This document shows positions 49,658 to 59,412 of a stretch of DNA of 64,000 nucleotides, in pieces. The stretch comes from a virus, in the IMG/VR virus record IMGVR_UViG_3300047284_000228, positions 1-64,000 of that record; one strand, given 5' to 3'. The notes beneath the pieces were generated by a model. It searched no databases. It worked only from the letters and a program-made list of their open reading frames with translations, and was not told the DNA's origin. Numbering within the stretch: position 1 is the first letter of the stretch; each line of letters begins with the position of its first letter. Both the position numbers and the translations under genes were made by a program.

Positions 49658-50026
49658 TTAATCCTCTGATGCTCCAGAATCGTAAGTGTATCCGTTGTTT
49701 ATTCTAGCTACTAATTGTCCTTCGTTATCTATATAGTAAAATATAGCTCTGTCGTCCCAACGATATTGTTGATATTTTAAGTTTTCGAATACAGTATTAT
49801 GATTTACATCAATTCCTTCATAGAAATCAACTCCAGTTTCGAGATCATTATAATTACCCGCTTCATCCCCTGGACGATTTAGTTCAATAGCATCGTTGCT
49901 TTTTAATTGATCATTTCTTTGTAAAAATAAACTTCCGTTTTCATTTTTTCTTAGACCATAGAAAAATCTAGGAGTATCTCCTAATCTTGTGTACGGATCA
50001 TTGCCTAGTACATAATTATTATTCAT
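49658..50026 (-). CDS. Hypothetical virion-region protein
   Basis: 122 aa; AAGGAG SD. Confidence 0.7.
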   Translation of the reverse strand: MNNNYVLGNDPYTRLGDTPRFFYGLRKNENGSLFLQRNDQLKSNDAIELNRPGDEAGNYNDLETGVDFYEGIDVNHNTVFENLKYQQYRWDDRAIFYYIDNEGQLVARINNGYTYDSGASED

Positions 50027-50036
50027 TTGTAACTCC

Positions 50037-50369
50037 TTAGCTTATTTCTACGTAACTTACAACCACATCGATGCTGTCTGCGGTATCGCTGACTATTCTT
50101 AGGCCTGAAGTTTCTGGCAGGATTAATTTTTCGCCGTTGGTGATGATTTTTACCGCAGAATTAGGAGCTACTGTTAATCCTTTGACATAATATGCCTGTT
50201 CGCTATCTTCGCTGATTACATAAACATCTACATTTACTGTATCATAATCAGTGACATTAGCAATGTTACAGCCAATTACTGTTGATCTAAATCCTACAGG
50301 TGTCTGTACTACATCTACCGGTGTTGTTCCTATATTTTTATTAACTGCGTGTTTGAATGTTGTAGGCAT
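50037..50369 (-). CDS. Small beta-rich virion protein
   Basis: IGCNIAN, VKGLTV.P, KLIL pattern like 35447-35767 and 53191-53559. Confidence 0.7.
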   Translation of the reverse strand: MPTTFKHAVNKNIGTTPVDVVQTPVGFRSTVIGCNIANVTDYDTVNVDVYVISEDSEQAYYVKGLTVAPNSAVKIITNGEKLILPETSGLRIVSDTADSIDVVVSYVEIS

Positions 50370-50372
50370 TTT

Positions 50373-51425
50373 TTATCCTAGTGTTAATGCAAATCGTATT
50401 GCGATGTCTGTGGCGGCGGTTTCTGATACCGCACCAATCGTACCGGCCGGACTAGCCCAAGCAGTGCCGTCCCAAATTTCTAAGGCTTTTGAATCTGTAT
50501 TGTATCTGGTCATACCTTCTACTGCATAAGCAGTAGGTCTGTCCCCTGCTGTACCTTTTGGAGGAACAAAAGCGTTAGTACCGGAGATAACAAAGTAGCC
50601 TGTACCAGATTGGTCAAGCTGTGTAATAGATCCGCTGACTGTGTTTGTGATCAGATTGTTTCTAATCGCAAAATTTCCTAATCTCACAGATCCTGCACCA
50701 TTGCCTTCTAAAATTAGATCCTGTCCAGTAGTAGTGTTAATGCGGTTATCTATGAGTTGTAGATTACCGATGTTAAATTCTGTAAGACTTAGGTTAGTAG
50801 CGAACAGATTAGTAGAATAAATATTTCTCCATCTGTTACTAGGGCTACCTATATCGTAGGTATTGTCTGTTTCAGGAATAAGGTTACTGTTTAGGCTAGC
50901 ATTGATAGTAACGGTGTCGGCGATACTATCGCCTATGATCAAATTTCCGCCTATGGTAATATTACCCGTGGCATTGATATTGCCTGTTACACTTAGATTT
51001 CCTGTAATATCAGTAGGTGCTTGTATATCCACAATACCTGTACCATTAGGTCTAAGTTCTAGATTAGAATTAGAAACTATAGTAGCGATCGTGTTTCCTG
51101 AAATTTCTATATCGTTTACGATCAGTCTAGAATGATAGATCGTAGCCTCGCCGCCGGAAGCAGTAAATGTTATTGAGGGAAGATCGCTGGAAATTGTATT
51201 GCCGGTTATAGTAAGATTACCTATGTCAAATTGATTGGTAACTTCAAGGTCTGTGACTCTTGTGGATCCAGCAACATCTAATGTGTATTGAGGAGAAGAA
51301 GTTTTCACTCCAATGCGCGAATTCGTAACGTCCAGATAGAGAAGGTCGGTCTCAAAGGCTAGGTCCACACCATCTCTGATGAGATTGGCCTTTAAGAGCG
51401 GACCGGAAATTCGACCAATAGCCAT
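50373..51425 (-). CDS. Virion structural (baseplate/fibre) protein
   Basis: GRISGPLLKANL, LYLDVTN.RIG, YDIGSPS.RW, P.GT...RP....G.TRYN..LE..DG..W; AGGAG SD. Confidence 0.7.
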   Translation of the reverse strand: MAIGRISGPLLKANLIRDGVDLAFETDLLYLDVTNSRIGVKTSSPQYTLDVAGSTRVTDLEVTNQFDIGNLTITGNTISSDLPSITFTASGGEATIYHSRLIVNDIEISGNTIATIVSNSNLELRPNGTGIVDIQAPTDITGNLSVTGNINATGNITIGGNLIIGDSIADTVTINASLNSNLIPETDNTYDIGSPSNRWRNIYSTNLFATNLSLTEFNIGNLQLIDNRINTTTGQDLILEGNGAGSVRLGNFAIRNNLITNTVSGSITQLDQSGTGYFVISGTNAFVPPKGTAGDRPTAYAVEGMTRYNTDSKALEIWDGTAWASPAGTIGAVSETAATDIAIRFALTLG

Positions 51426-51550
51426 GCGCTCTCCTAAATACCCCGTGTTTCACGGTTAACCAATTTTGGATTTCTCCGCAGCCGCTTCGACGGCTCTTTG
51501 CTGGTTTACCACAGTTTAATCACGCAGAAATTGGTCATTTGCTGCGATTA
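51426..51550 (-). ncRNA. Candidate structured cis-regulatory 5' leader RNA
   Basis: Five pairable stems found by eye in a 125-nt leader starting 4 nt after TAAATA (51560-51555). Confidence 0.5.
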
Positions 51551-51574
51551 GTAGTATTTAGTCAGATTGGGGAA

Positions 51575-52684
51575 TTAACCAAAGATGAGGGTGTAAACGT
51601 GGCCAAGTTCTTCCATAACCGCAGGAGTTACCACAGTACCACCGCCAGTAGCCACTTGCCAGATTGTACCGTCAAAACATTCTAGATAACCTAGTTCGTT
51701 GTTCCAACGTGTTTCACCTACTTCAACGCCCAGTCTTTGAGAATTATTTCCCACAGGAATACGCATGGCGCCGGTATCGTTGATCACTAGATAGCCCGTA
51801 CCGGTATGCGAGATAGTCACGGGAGAATTTAGTAGATTCGTTATAGTGCCTTGATTGATAGAAATATTTTCTATAATGACTGTACCAGTATCTGGTAGCA
51901 GATACAGATCATCATTGCTCTGCAGGGCTTCTATCCTGTTTGCGCTATAGTTTGCTTGATCGCCTACGATTAAATTAGTGATAGTGGGATTTTGAGATCC
52001 GTTCAAGTCAACGATATAAGTATCATTCCATCTGTGGCTAGGAGATCCGATGTCATACTGATCGTCCGATCCAGGAACTATACTTTGTGTAAAATCTGGA
52101 GCAATGGTCACAGTATCTATAGGACTATCTCCGATTATAAGCTGCCCATTTAACTGCACAGTTTCTGTAGACTGTATATTTCCAGTAACTGCTAGGTTGC
52201 CTAGGATAGCTGTATCTCTTTGAAACACAACTCGTCCAGTGCCGCTGGCATTAAGCACTATATCTTCATTAAGCACAGCACCAGAAATCCTATTGCCGTC
52301 TATGTTGATAGAAGGAGTTTCTGCACGACCAAGTTCAACATAAGCATCTACTCCTACGGGCACGATGTTAATAGGACCTACGGTTGAAGTTATAGATCCA
52401 TTTGAATTAAATCTTATGTTGTCGAATGTAGCCAAAGTTCCCGAAGCTAACAAGTCTCCGGTAATTTTTCCATCACCTGTGATATCTAGAGTAAAATTTG
52501 GGGGATTAGCGTTAATTCCGATGCGTCTATTAGTTACATCGAGATATAATAGATCGTCGTCGAGCGCAGCATTTCTAAATGTAAGATCTACCCCGTTCCT
52601 CAGAAGATTCTGAGTCAGCATAGGTCCACTGATTCTACCTATAGAATATCCTGGCGGAGTCGATGGTCCTGGCGCTGCTGGCAT
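51575..52684 (-). CDS. Virion structural protein, paralogue of 50373-51425
   Basis: GRISGPML..NL.R.GVDL, LYLDVTN.RIG, YDIGSPS.RW shared; AAGGAG SD. Confidence 0.7.
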   Translation of the reverse strand: MPAAPGPSTPPGYSIGRISGPMLTQNLLRNGVDLTFRNAALDDDLLYLDVTNRRIGINANPPNFTLDITGDGKITGDLLASGTLATFDNIRFNSNGSITSTVGPINIVPVGVDAYVELGRAETPSINIDGNRISGAVLNEDIVLNASGTGRVVFQRDTAILGNLAVTGNIQSTETVQLNGQLIIGDSPIDTVTIAPDFTQSIVPGSDDQYDIGSPSHRWNDTYIVDLNGSQNPTITNLIVGDQANYSANRIEALQSNDDLYLLPDTGTVIIENISINQGTITNLLNSPVTISHTGTGYLVINDTGAMRIPVGNNSQRLGVEVGETRWNNELGYLECFDGTIWQVATGGGTVVTPAVMEELGHVYTLIFG

Positions 52685-52693
52685 ACTATCTCC

Positions 52694-53194
52694 TTAGTTG
52701 GCAAATCCGTAATAGATAGTAATATCTTTAGCTAACGGCACCGGACTTGTAAAAACTATATAGGTATTTCCTGATCCTAGATAATTGTCAACAAGGTTAA
52801 AGTTAGTATCTGATATTTGAAAAACGTTTTCTACAAATACCAAAATATTGTTTTCTGAACTAGGTATTTGGCTTAGGGGACCAAATGTTGTTTCTATGCC
52901 GTCTGCACCGGTAAGTGTTTGTTTTGTTATTGTAGTTGCGCCCGGTGCTCTTACCACTTCCCAAACTCCATCGATATATGCTTCGATAGAATTCGTTGTA
53001 GTATTGTATCGAATAAAACCGTTAGCGCCGTTGGGATTTCTTACGCCGCTGAGCTGCGGGCGTTCTGCAGTAGTACCTTTAGGCAATCTTAGTCCGCCTG
53101 TTAGGTCCATTACTGCCCTACCATAATGATTAGTAAACAGCGTATTGTCGCTGGGACTATATTTGCTGATAGTTTTTTGCTTTAAGAATCTCAT
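52694..53194 (-). CDS. Virion structural protein
   Basis: LPKGTTAERP...G.IRYNTT, LVFVENVFQ motifs common in myovirus baseplate/fibre proteins. Confidence 0.65.
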   Translation of the reverse strand: MRFLKQKTISKYSPSDNTLFTNHYGRAVMDLTGGLRLPKGTTAERPQLSGVRNPNGANGFIRYNTTTNSIEAYIDGVWEVVRAPGATTITKQTLTGADGIETTFGPLSQIPSSENNILVFVENVFQISDTNFNLVDNYLGSGNTYIVFTSPVPLAKDITIYYGFAN

Positions 53195-53559
53195 ACTGGT
53201 AACGAACTCACTGTGATGCTCAATAGATTAGCTGCGCTGGCTGTAGCACGGATCTGATCTCCGGAGCTAAGAACGATTCTTTCGTCGCTGAAAAATACCG
53301 TTTCACCTGCGGGTACCGTAAGATTTTTTACTATGGTATTTGTATCTGTACTAACTCCTCCGCTGACCACTAGATTAAGTGTCAAGTTCGCAGAGTTTAC
53401 AGTTTCGTCTGTTAGGTTTGGAGTTCCTGTATTACAGACTATAATCGATGTTACAGCATTGGTTTGACCAGTTACGCCAGGACCAATGGCTGCTCCTGTA
53501 GTTGTACTAGTATACACTAATGTATCACCTGTGGTAGTTAATCTTGTGCTGTATATCAT
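53191..53559 (-). CDS. Small beta-rich virion protein
   Basis: IIVCN, IVKNLTVPAGET, L..GD.I pattern. Confidence 0.7.
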   Translation of the reverse strand: MIYSTRLTTTGDTLVYTSTTTGAAIGPGVTGQTNAVTSIIVCNTGTPNLTDETVNSANLTLNLVVSGGVSTDTNTIVKNLTVPAGETVFFSDERIVLSSGDQIRATASAANLLSITVSSLPV

Positions 53560-53568
53560 GTTTTTCTC

Positions 53569-54555
53569 TTAAAATATCATACTAAAAACCAAAGCCTTGC
53601 TTTTGCTAATAAGTTCATCTGTTTTAGTTGTGTTAACAAAATAAAGACCAGTAGTTCCTACTCCTGCGGTATTTCCATACAGTAGACTGCCTCCACTGAC
53701 TGATGCAGGTGTAGTTCCTAGATTGTTCATTTGTAGAGCATAGGTAATTTCTACCTTGCCCGTGCCGTTAGTTTCAAATTTAATGTTAGCGTTGGTATTT
53801 CTTGTTTGTATTACCGCAGCATCCGGAATCAACGGATTAAAAGGTGTTGGATCTTCTGTGTACAGAGTCAATCCACCAAACTGCACCCTGTTGCTAAAAA
53901 ATTCTGTGACGATATTATTTTCAACTACTACAGCTACTTGGCTTTCTAGTGGTTGAACAGCATATGGTCCGATAGGAAATAATCCAGTGGCAGGATTGTT
54001 TGAATCAAAGGCTGCTACTCTGGTATTATCTCGGACGATCTGGAATGTTGGATTAGTCTGAATCGCTGTGTCAACATATCTTTTGTTAGGTATATCATCG
54101 TCATCAGTGACATTCAATTCATAATTTAGTGTGCCTGCGACTTTGACTACACCTGTGCCTGTGCCGATTAGTGTTAGGTCGCCTGCGTCTGTGTCTGCAT
54201 TGGTCAGGATTTCTTTGACTCTTAATCTACTGCTATTATAACCTGCGCCTTGTTTGAAATTCCAAGTATCATCGTCTTCGTCCCAAACAAGCAGAACATC
54301 TTCTTCAGTACCTCGATCAACTTGGATGCCGGAATAACGAAGAGTTACCCCGGCTCCAGTTTCACCATCATTAACAATAATGATGTTATCTTTAATCGCT
54401 AGATTTTCGGCAGAGATAATAGTAGTATCGCCTTCTACTACTAGATTTCCAGTAACGATTGTTCTACCAACACCAGGTCCGGTGTCTAATTTAATATCAG
54501 CACCTTCGCTGGTTTTGATGTTGTAATCGCCGTTAACTTGGAAAAACTGTCCCAT
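53569..54555 (-). CDS. Virion structural protein
   Basis: GNLVVEG.TT, IKDNII..N.GE, GIQVDRG, IPNKRYVD fibre-type motifs. Confidence 0.65.
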   Translation of the reverse strand: MGQFFQVNGDYNIKTSEGADIKLDTGPGVGRTIVTGNLVVEGDTTIISAENLAIKDNIIIVNDGETGAGVTLRYSGIQVDRGTEEDVLLVWDEDDDTWNFKQGAGYNSSRLRVKEILTNADTDAGDLTLIGTGTGVVKVAGTLNYELNVTDDDDIPNKRYVDTAIQTNPTFQIVRDNTRVAAFDSNNPATGLFPIGPYAVQPLESQVAVVVENNIVTEFFSNRVQFGGLTLYTEDPTPFNPLIPDAAVIQTRNTNANIKFETNGTGKVEITYALQMNNLGTTPASVSGGSLLYGNTAGVGTTGLYFVNTTKTDELISKSKALVFSMIF

Positions 54556-54569
54556 GCCTACTTCCTAGA

Positions 54570-55088
54570 TTAGATAGCTGTTAAAATTAACAAAGTTTGA
54601 GATGAGTCGTCGCTCAATGACCACTTGTAACGATTTCCGTTAAAATCAGTGGCTGTTCTAAAATTAATCTTTCTTAAAGTTACAGGATTACCAGTAGAAT
54701 TAATTCCTACTAGTGTAGCTTCACCGTTGTTTGCAGGATCGGAGTTTGTGCCTTGTACTAACTTAGCAGTTACTACAGTGTTAACAACACCTGTGCCTGA
54801 TCCGCCAACTGCGGTAGCTGTGAATACTCTACCATTGACAGCATTGTGTAGTGCGCCTGCTGCGGTAAAATCTGAGTCGCCTACAGATTCGATCACATAT
54901 TGACTACCAACTACTAGGCTTCCGTCGGCGACGTTTGTGCCATCGTCGGCACATTTAAATCTACGAGCACTTACTTGATTAACAATGTAACCCTCATAGA
55001 CTGTACCACCGGTTTTAAATCTGATAGGAATCTTTGCTGGGGATCCGCCTGTGATTCCAAAATATCTCTTACTTAACTTATTTGCCAT
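54570..55088 (-). CDS. Hypothetical virion protein
   Basis: 172 aa; AAGGAG SD; LVVG.QY.I.SVG.SDFTAAGA...FTATAVG.GTG module; late promoter upstream. Confidence 0.7.
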   Translation of the reverse strand: MANKLSKRYFGITGGSPAKIPIRFKTGGTVYEGYIVNQVSARRFKCADDGTNVADGSLVVGSQYVIESVGDSDFTAAGALHNAVNGRVFTATAVGGSGTGVVNTVVTAKLVQGTNSDPANNGEATLVGINSTGNPVTLRKINFRTATDFNGNRYKWSLSDDSSQTLLILTAI

Positions 55089-55164
55089 TTGTTTTCTCCT
55101 TTAGAGTGACGTTCTAGGTCTCGCTCAGTGGCAAAACTGCGCAATCATCTAGATACTTTATTTA

Positions 55165-55431
55165 TCAGCGGCTGAGCATAGCCATCAGTTCCAATTTACT
55201 TACTGTAGCCAGCACTCTATTAATTTCGTCTATTTCCGATTGTGCTCGTTCTAGATGAATGGTATGATGTGTACGCCTATACTCTACTAGATGCTTACTG
55301 TAGTTAGTGATATGATTTTCAACGATGTTTTCTATTTGTTTTACATCGTGTGTGAACATTGGAAATCGGCGGCGCCAAATATTAAATTGTTCTCTTAGTT
55401 TAGAAAAATCGTTATGCGTTTCGATCTGCAT
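55165..55431 (-). CDS. Hypothetical helical protein (88 aa)
   Basis: Start moved to 55431 (MQIETH), 5 nt after TAAATA (55442-55437). Confidence 0.65.
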   Translation of the reverse strand: MQIETHNDFSKLREQFNIWRRRFPMFTHDVKQIENIVENHITNYSKHLVEYRRTHHTIHLERAQSEIDEINRVLATVSKLELMAMLSR

Positions 55432-55450
55432 ACCGATATTTAAGCCAAAC

Positions 55451-55474
55451 AAAAAGGCTCCGAAGAGCCTTTTT
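55451..55474 (-). terminator. Terminator after the major capsid gene
   Basis: AAAAAGGCTC/GAGCCTTTTT stem with a UUCG loop on the minus strand. Confidence 0.9.
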
Positions 55475-55502
55475 GAAACACTTGAAAAGTGTGTACCTTT
55501 GA

Positions 55503-56675
55503 TTAGGTGAATGATGCGTTAGCGATTGTCACACGACCTAGGTAGTCAGCTGCGTTACCTAGAGATGATGCTGTGTTTGTCAACTCAACATATCCGTAAC
55601 GTGTCATAAAGCTAACTACTGGCTCAAATGTGCTAGGATCTAGAACAACACCGCTGCTCATCAATGGAATGTATGGGCAGTAGAATGCTGCTGCATCAGA
55701 TTCGCTAGAACCTTTGTAGCCAACTAGAACTGTGTCATCATCAGCGTAGGTGTTGACATAGATCTTCATCGCGCTGTTCAATGTACCAACAAACTTGGTG
55801 TTTGTAGGTGCTTCGAATGTGCCTTCTGTTGTTCTTGCGAACGCAGAAGTTGTAGCACTCTGAAGAATTGTCAATGCTGTTGGGCTAACAACTGCCCAAT
55901 TACCAGCACCACGGCGTGTACGCTGAGCGATTGTGTTAGCAACGCGGTTGATAGCAACTGCTAGAGCTGCATGCTCGTCACCAACGAATGTAGCTGTACC
56001 GCTAACTGCTGCTTGGTCAAAAGCCACTGTGTTACCTGCACCAGAAGCTAGGGTAGCTAGGCTACGTAGAACTTCTTGGTCGATTTCAGCAGTGATCTCT
56101 TGTGCTAGAGCAGCCATGATTTCTGCTTCGATGTCAATGCCTTGTTGGGCTTGTGCATCTTGAGCAGCTTCAAATGTCCAGCGAGCTGACAACTTACGTG
56201 TCTTAGCTTCAACTGTTTGCTTCAAGATTTGAATGCTTAGTCTGTTACCAGCAACACCTTCTTTGGCAGCTGTCGCATCAGCTTTACCATTAGCGTTACC
56301 AGAATAGCCTTCAGCGATCTTGAATGGGCTTAGTGCCTCTTCACCTGCACTAGCGGATCCGCCTGCAGAGCCTGTGAAAGCATCTGAATAGCGAACACGT
56401 AGAGTGTGAATTTGGCCAACTGGGCCTGTCATTGGTTGTACACCAACTAGTTCATTAGCAATGACTGTTGGCATTACACGTCTGATCACAGGTAGGATCA
56501 CACGATTTAGGGTTGCAACGTTACCGGCGGAAGTAGCACCAGCAGTGGCAGACTCTGCCAAATACTTGCGAGTATTTTCTAGAGTTGTTGCCATAACTGT
56601 ACGCTTGTTACCTTGTAGGCCTTCTAATAGTGCCTCTTTAGTCTCCGACCAGCGTGACTCGAGTAGTTGTGACAT
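55503..56675 (-). CDS. gp23: Major capsid protein (gp23 family)
   Basis: GVQPMTGPVG, VEAKTRKL.A.WT.E..QD, EI..EI..E, RRGAGN, YCPYIPL, F.TRYG. Confidence 0.97.
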   Translation of the reverse strand: MSQLLESRWSETKEALLEGLQGNKRTVMATTLENTRKYLAESATAGATSAGNVATLNRVILPVIRRVMPTVIANELVGVQPMTGPVGQIHTLRVRYSDAFTGSAGGSASAGEEALSPFKIAEGYSGNANGKADATAAKEGVAGNRLSIQILKQTVEAKTRKLSARWTFEAAQDAQAQQGIDIEAEIMAALAQEITAEIDQEVLRSLATLASGAGNTVAFDQAAVSGTATFVGDEHAALAVAINRVANTIAQRTRRGAGNWAVVSPTALTILQSATTSAFARTTEGTFEAPTNTKFVGTLNSAMKIYVNTYADDDTVLVGYKGSSESDAAAFYCPYIPLMSSGVVLDPSTFEPVVSFMTRYGYVELTNTASSLGNAADYLGRVTIANASFT

Positions 56676-56686
56676 TATAGTTCTCC

Positions 56687-57775
56687 TTAAACTTTTAGTC
56701 CCGCAAGCCTGCGGATGTCAAATATTTCAGCGGTTTTTTCTTCGCTGATAGGTTGTGCCTGCTTATCGCCTGTGATTTCTTTTGCCTCTGTGAGTGCTTT
56801 CTTTGCCGGTGCTCCACCATCCATGACGGCTGGTAAGTACTTGTCGAAAGCGCCGCGTAGTTTGTCAGTTTGAACGGATTCTAGTAATTCTTTCATTACT
56901 GTACGCTTGTCGCCGGATAGTGGCCCTAGCAATTCGCTCATAACTTCCTTGCGAGCGGCTGTATCTTTGGCAATGCGTAATTCTTGTTCACGACTTTCAA
57001 CTAATTTTTGTGTTTCTGCAACAACTTTGGCTGCTTCTTCTAATTCTGCTTCTTTGGCAGCTACTGCTTTTAACAGTTTAGCTGTTTCAGATTTTTCATT
57101 GAGATGACTTGCAGCATATTCGCTGGCGAAGCTTTCAAAAATCCTACGACCAAAATCATTTTTGCGAGCAGCATCAATGTCCTCGCGTAGCTGTGTCATT
57201 TCAGACTTCAGGCCCTTAGACACTGTTTCTTCAATGATTTTTGCTGAACGGGAGATAAAATCTTTCTTGATTTCTTCAAACTTAGCCTTGCTTTCGCGAA
57301 CCAAACGAACTTTGGTTTCGGCTAGGTCTTTCTTGTCTGCGTGGAACTCTGCGATTTCCTTCGCTAGAGAATCTACGATGAAAGATTCTAATTTTGTAAC
57401 ATTGCTGGCCACTGACTTACGATCATCGTGAAGTTCGCTGAGTTCTTTATGTAGATTTTTCATAACAAAAGATTCTAATACCTTAGAATCTTGAGATATC
57501 TTTTCTGCATAACGAGCTCTTGCATCAATAAGACTCTGACGATCTTCAGCTAGTTCTGATAGTTCTGCCTGTAGACGGTCTGCAAGCATTCCTTCTACAG
57601 CGTCAATCATAGCTGACTTGTCATGTTCGTATTTCTGCGCAAATTCTTCACGTAACTGAGCCGTAACTTGGTCACGATTTTCTTGGATTCTAGCTTGCCA
57701 AGCGGATTCAATTTCCGATTTAATTTCTTCGGAAATCACATTGTTCTCAAACAGTTGTTTTACGATATCTAGCAT
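56687..57775 (-). CDS. gp22: Prohead core/scaffold protein
   Basis: Coiled-coil, Glu-rich; GRRIFESFASE; located between gp21 and gp23. Confidence 0.8.
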   Translation of the reverse strand: MLDIVKQLFENNVISEEIKSEIESAWQARIQENRDQVTAQLREEFAQKYEHDKSAMIDAVEGMLADRLQAELSELAEDRQSLIDARARYAEKISQDSKVLESFVMKNLHKELSELHDDRKSVASNVTKLESFIVDSLAKEIAEFHADKKDLAETKVRLVRESKAKFEEIKKDFISRSAKIIEETVSKGLKSEMTQLREDIDAARKNDFGRRIFESFASEYAASHLNEKSETAKLLKAVAAKEAELEEAAKVVAETQKLVESREQELRIAKDTAARKEVMSELLGPLSGDKRTVMKELLESVQTDKLRGAFDKYLPAVMDGGAPAKKALTEAKEITGDKQAQPISEEKTAEIFDIRRLAGLKV

Positions 57776-57792
57776 GTGATTCTCCTACTTGG

Positions 57793-58422
57793 TTATTTGA
57801 GCCCTCTGATGATTTTCACCAGATTCTCTGCTAAGTATTTCTGAGCCTTTGGATCGCCTTGAACTTCTTGTGCTATTTTAAATGCCTGATATCCACCTGT
57901 GTTATTCATAAGGTGTTCATAAACTGGGGTTGGGTATGCTCCCGGGGCGGAAGGTTGCGCTACAATGTCAACTGTGATAATTTCAAAACCTTGAACATTG
58001 CCACCTGAATCCACTTCACCGGAACCTCTACTACTTACACCCAACTTAACTCCCGACGTGAGCATAGTTTCAATTAACTTGCCCATAGGTGTCGGGAGGA
58101 TTTTAAGTTTTCCGTAGCCGTTAGGACCATCCATCCACATCTTGGTAATCATGTGTGAAACACGATCAAGATTGATTTTTAAATCCTGCGGGTGATCAAC
58201 TTCTCCTAGAACGGAGTATCCGCCAGCGATCTGTTCATTGAGCGTTTTGACAGCCCTGCCAATTTCTTGAGAAGAATAAACACGCTGGTTCTGATTACGG
58301 ATATCTCCTTGGATGCAGATACCGTTCAGATGCAGCGATTTTTTATCGCCTTCACCTTCGCTCTCTAATACAATCTTGGCCTGGTCGAAACTCAAATGTT
58401 CTGATAGGTAGTTTTTCACCAT
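57793..58422 (-). CDS. gp21: Prohead maturation protease
   Basis: NQNQRVY, LGEVDHP, VSH, TPMG, GVSSRGSG, DIVAQPSAP.A. Confidence 0.95.
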   Translation of the reverse strand: MVKNYLSEHLSFDQAKIVLESEGEGDKKSLHLNGICIQGDIRNQNQRVYSSQEIGRAVKTLNEQIAGGYSVLGEVDHPQDLKINLDRVSHMITKMWMDGPNGYGKLKILPTPMGKLIETMLTSGVKLGVSSRGSGEVDSGGNVQGFEIITVDIVAQPSAPGAYPTPVYEHLMNNTGGYQAFKIAQEVQGDPKAQKYLAENLVKIIRGLK

Positions 58423-58431
58423 TAAGTCCTA

Positions 58432-59349
58432 TTATCTACGACCACGGAAAAGACTTGCGGTATCGGTCTTGCCTGCACTACCGCCTGCTCCAGAAAACTT
58501 GCCTTCGGCTTCGCCTTTCTTTTCAGCGCCATGGCCTGGCTCTTTCTTAGAGAAAGCACTGCCTGCTTTGCCGCCTGGAACATTGATATTACCTGCGTTA
58601 TCTTCTTTTGGGGTTCCTTTTAGCAATCCAGAACCTTTTAATTGTCCTTGGTTAGCTAGAACACCTGCTTCTTCTTTGCTGCCTAGAATGTTTGCTGCGG
58701 TACCGCCCATGTCGTTCTTACCAGCTACGATGCTCTTAGCATTTAGGCTTGGTTTGTCACCTTGTGCGCCAGTTCCTACTAGAGAACCTTCGCCTGCGCC
58801 TTTCTTTTCGGCGCCATGACCGCCTGCAACTTTTTCTACGTATTCACGAACTGTTTCTAAGTCCATGTCGTCTTTCATTTCTTCTTCGCCGCCCATGTCG
58901 TCGCCCATGTCGCCGCCTTTGAGTTCATCAAACTTAGCTTGTAGTTCGTCAACGATAGCGTCTAAGTCTTGGAAAAGTTCTTCTTCAGACTTTTCACCTT
59001 CTTCGCCTTCTTCTTCGTCTCCCATGTCTAGTTCACTTTCTAGATCATCGGTTGGGTCGCCGCCCATTTCATCATCGGCTTCAATAGCGATATCATCGAA
59101 ACCTTCTTCCATATCTTCGTCGTCTTCGCTTTCAGATGCTTCGTCGACTTTTTCGTCTTCAGCTTCTTCGTCTTCAGCTGCTTCATCAACTTCTTCGTCC
59201 TCTTCGTCGGACATTTCTGCTTCGATCAAACCTTCGTAGATTTCGCGTGATTTTGCAACTACATATTCGTGGAATAATTCTTCTGCTTTGGCCTGATTAT
59301 CGTTAACCAGGTTCTCGAGCATTTGCTCAAGTAATGATTTATCTGCCAT
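58432..59349 (-). CDS. Very acidic prohead core protein (gp67/gp68-like position)
   Basis: Asp/Glu-rich N-terminal half, Gly/Lys-rich repeated GHGAEKKG tail; AAGGAG SD; upstream of gp21. Confidence 0.65.
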   Translation of the reverse strand: MADKSLLEQMLENLVNDNQAKAEELFHEYVVAKSREIYEGLIEAEMSDEEDEEVDEAAEDEEAEDEKVDEASESEDDEDMEEGFDDIAIEADDEMGGDPTDDLESELDMGDEEEGEEGEKSEEELFQDLDAIVDELQAKFDELKGGDMGDDMGGEEEMKDDMDLETVREYVEKVAGGHGAEKKGAGEGSLVGTGAQGDKPSLNAKSIVAGKNDMGGTAANILGSKEEAGVLANQGQLKGSGLLKGTPKEDNAGNINVPGGKAGSAFSKKEPGHGAEKKGEAEGKFSGAGGSAGKTDTASLFRGRR

Positions 59350-59412
59350 GTTGTATTCTCCTTCAAGATGGTTAGGCTGTGAGTTATTTACTACACTTTT
59401 ATTAAAAAGGTG

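Noticed and set aside
51426-51550. tRNA or c-di-GMP-I riboswitch call for the structured leader
   Set aside because: No T-loop, acceptor stem or clear GEMM consensus by eye; kept as an unclassified structured RNA.
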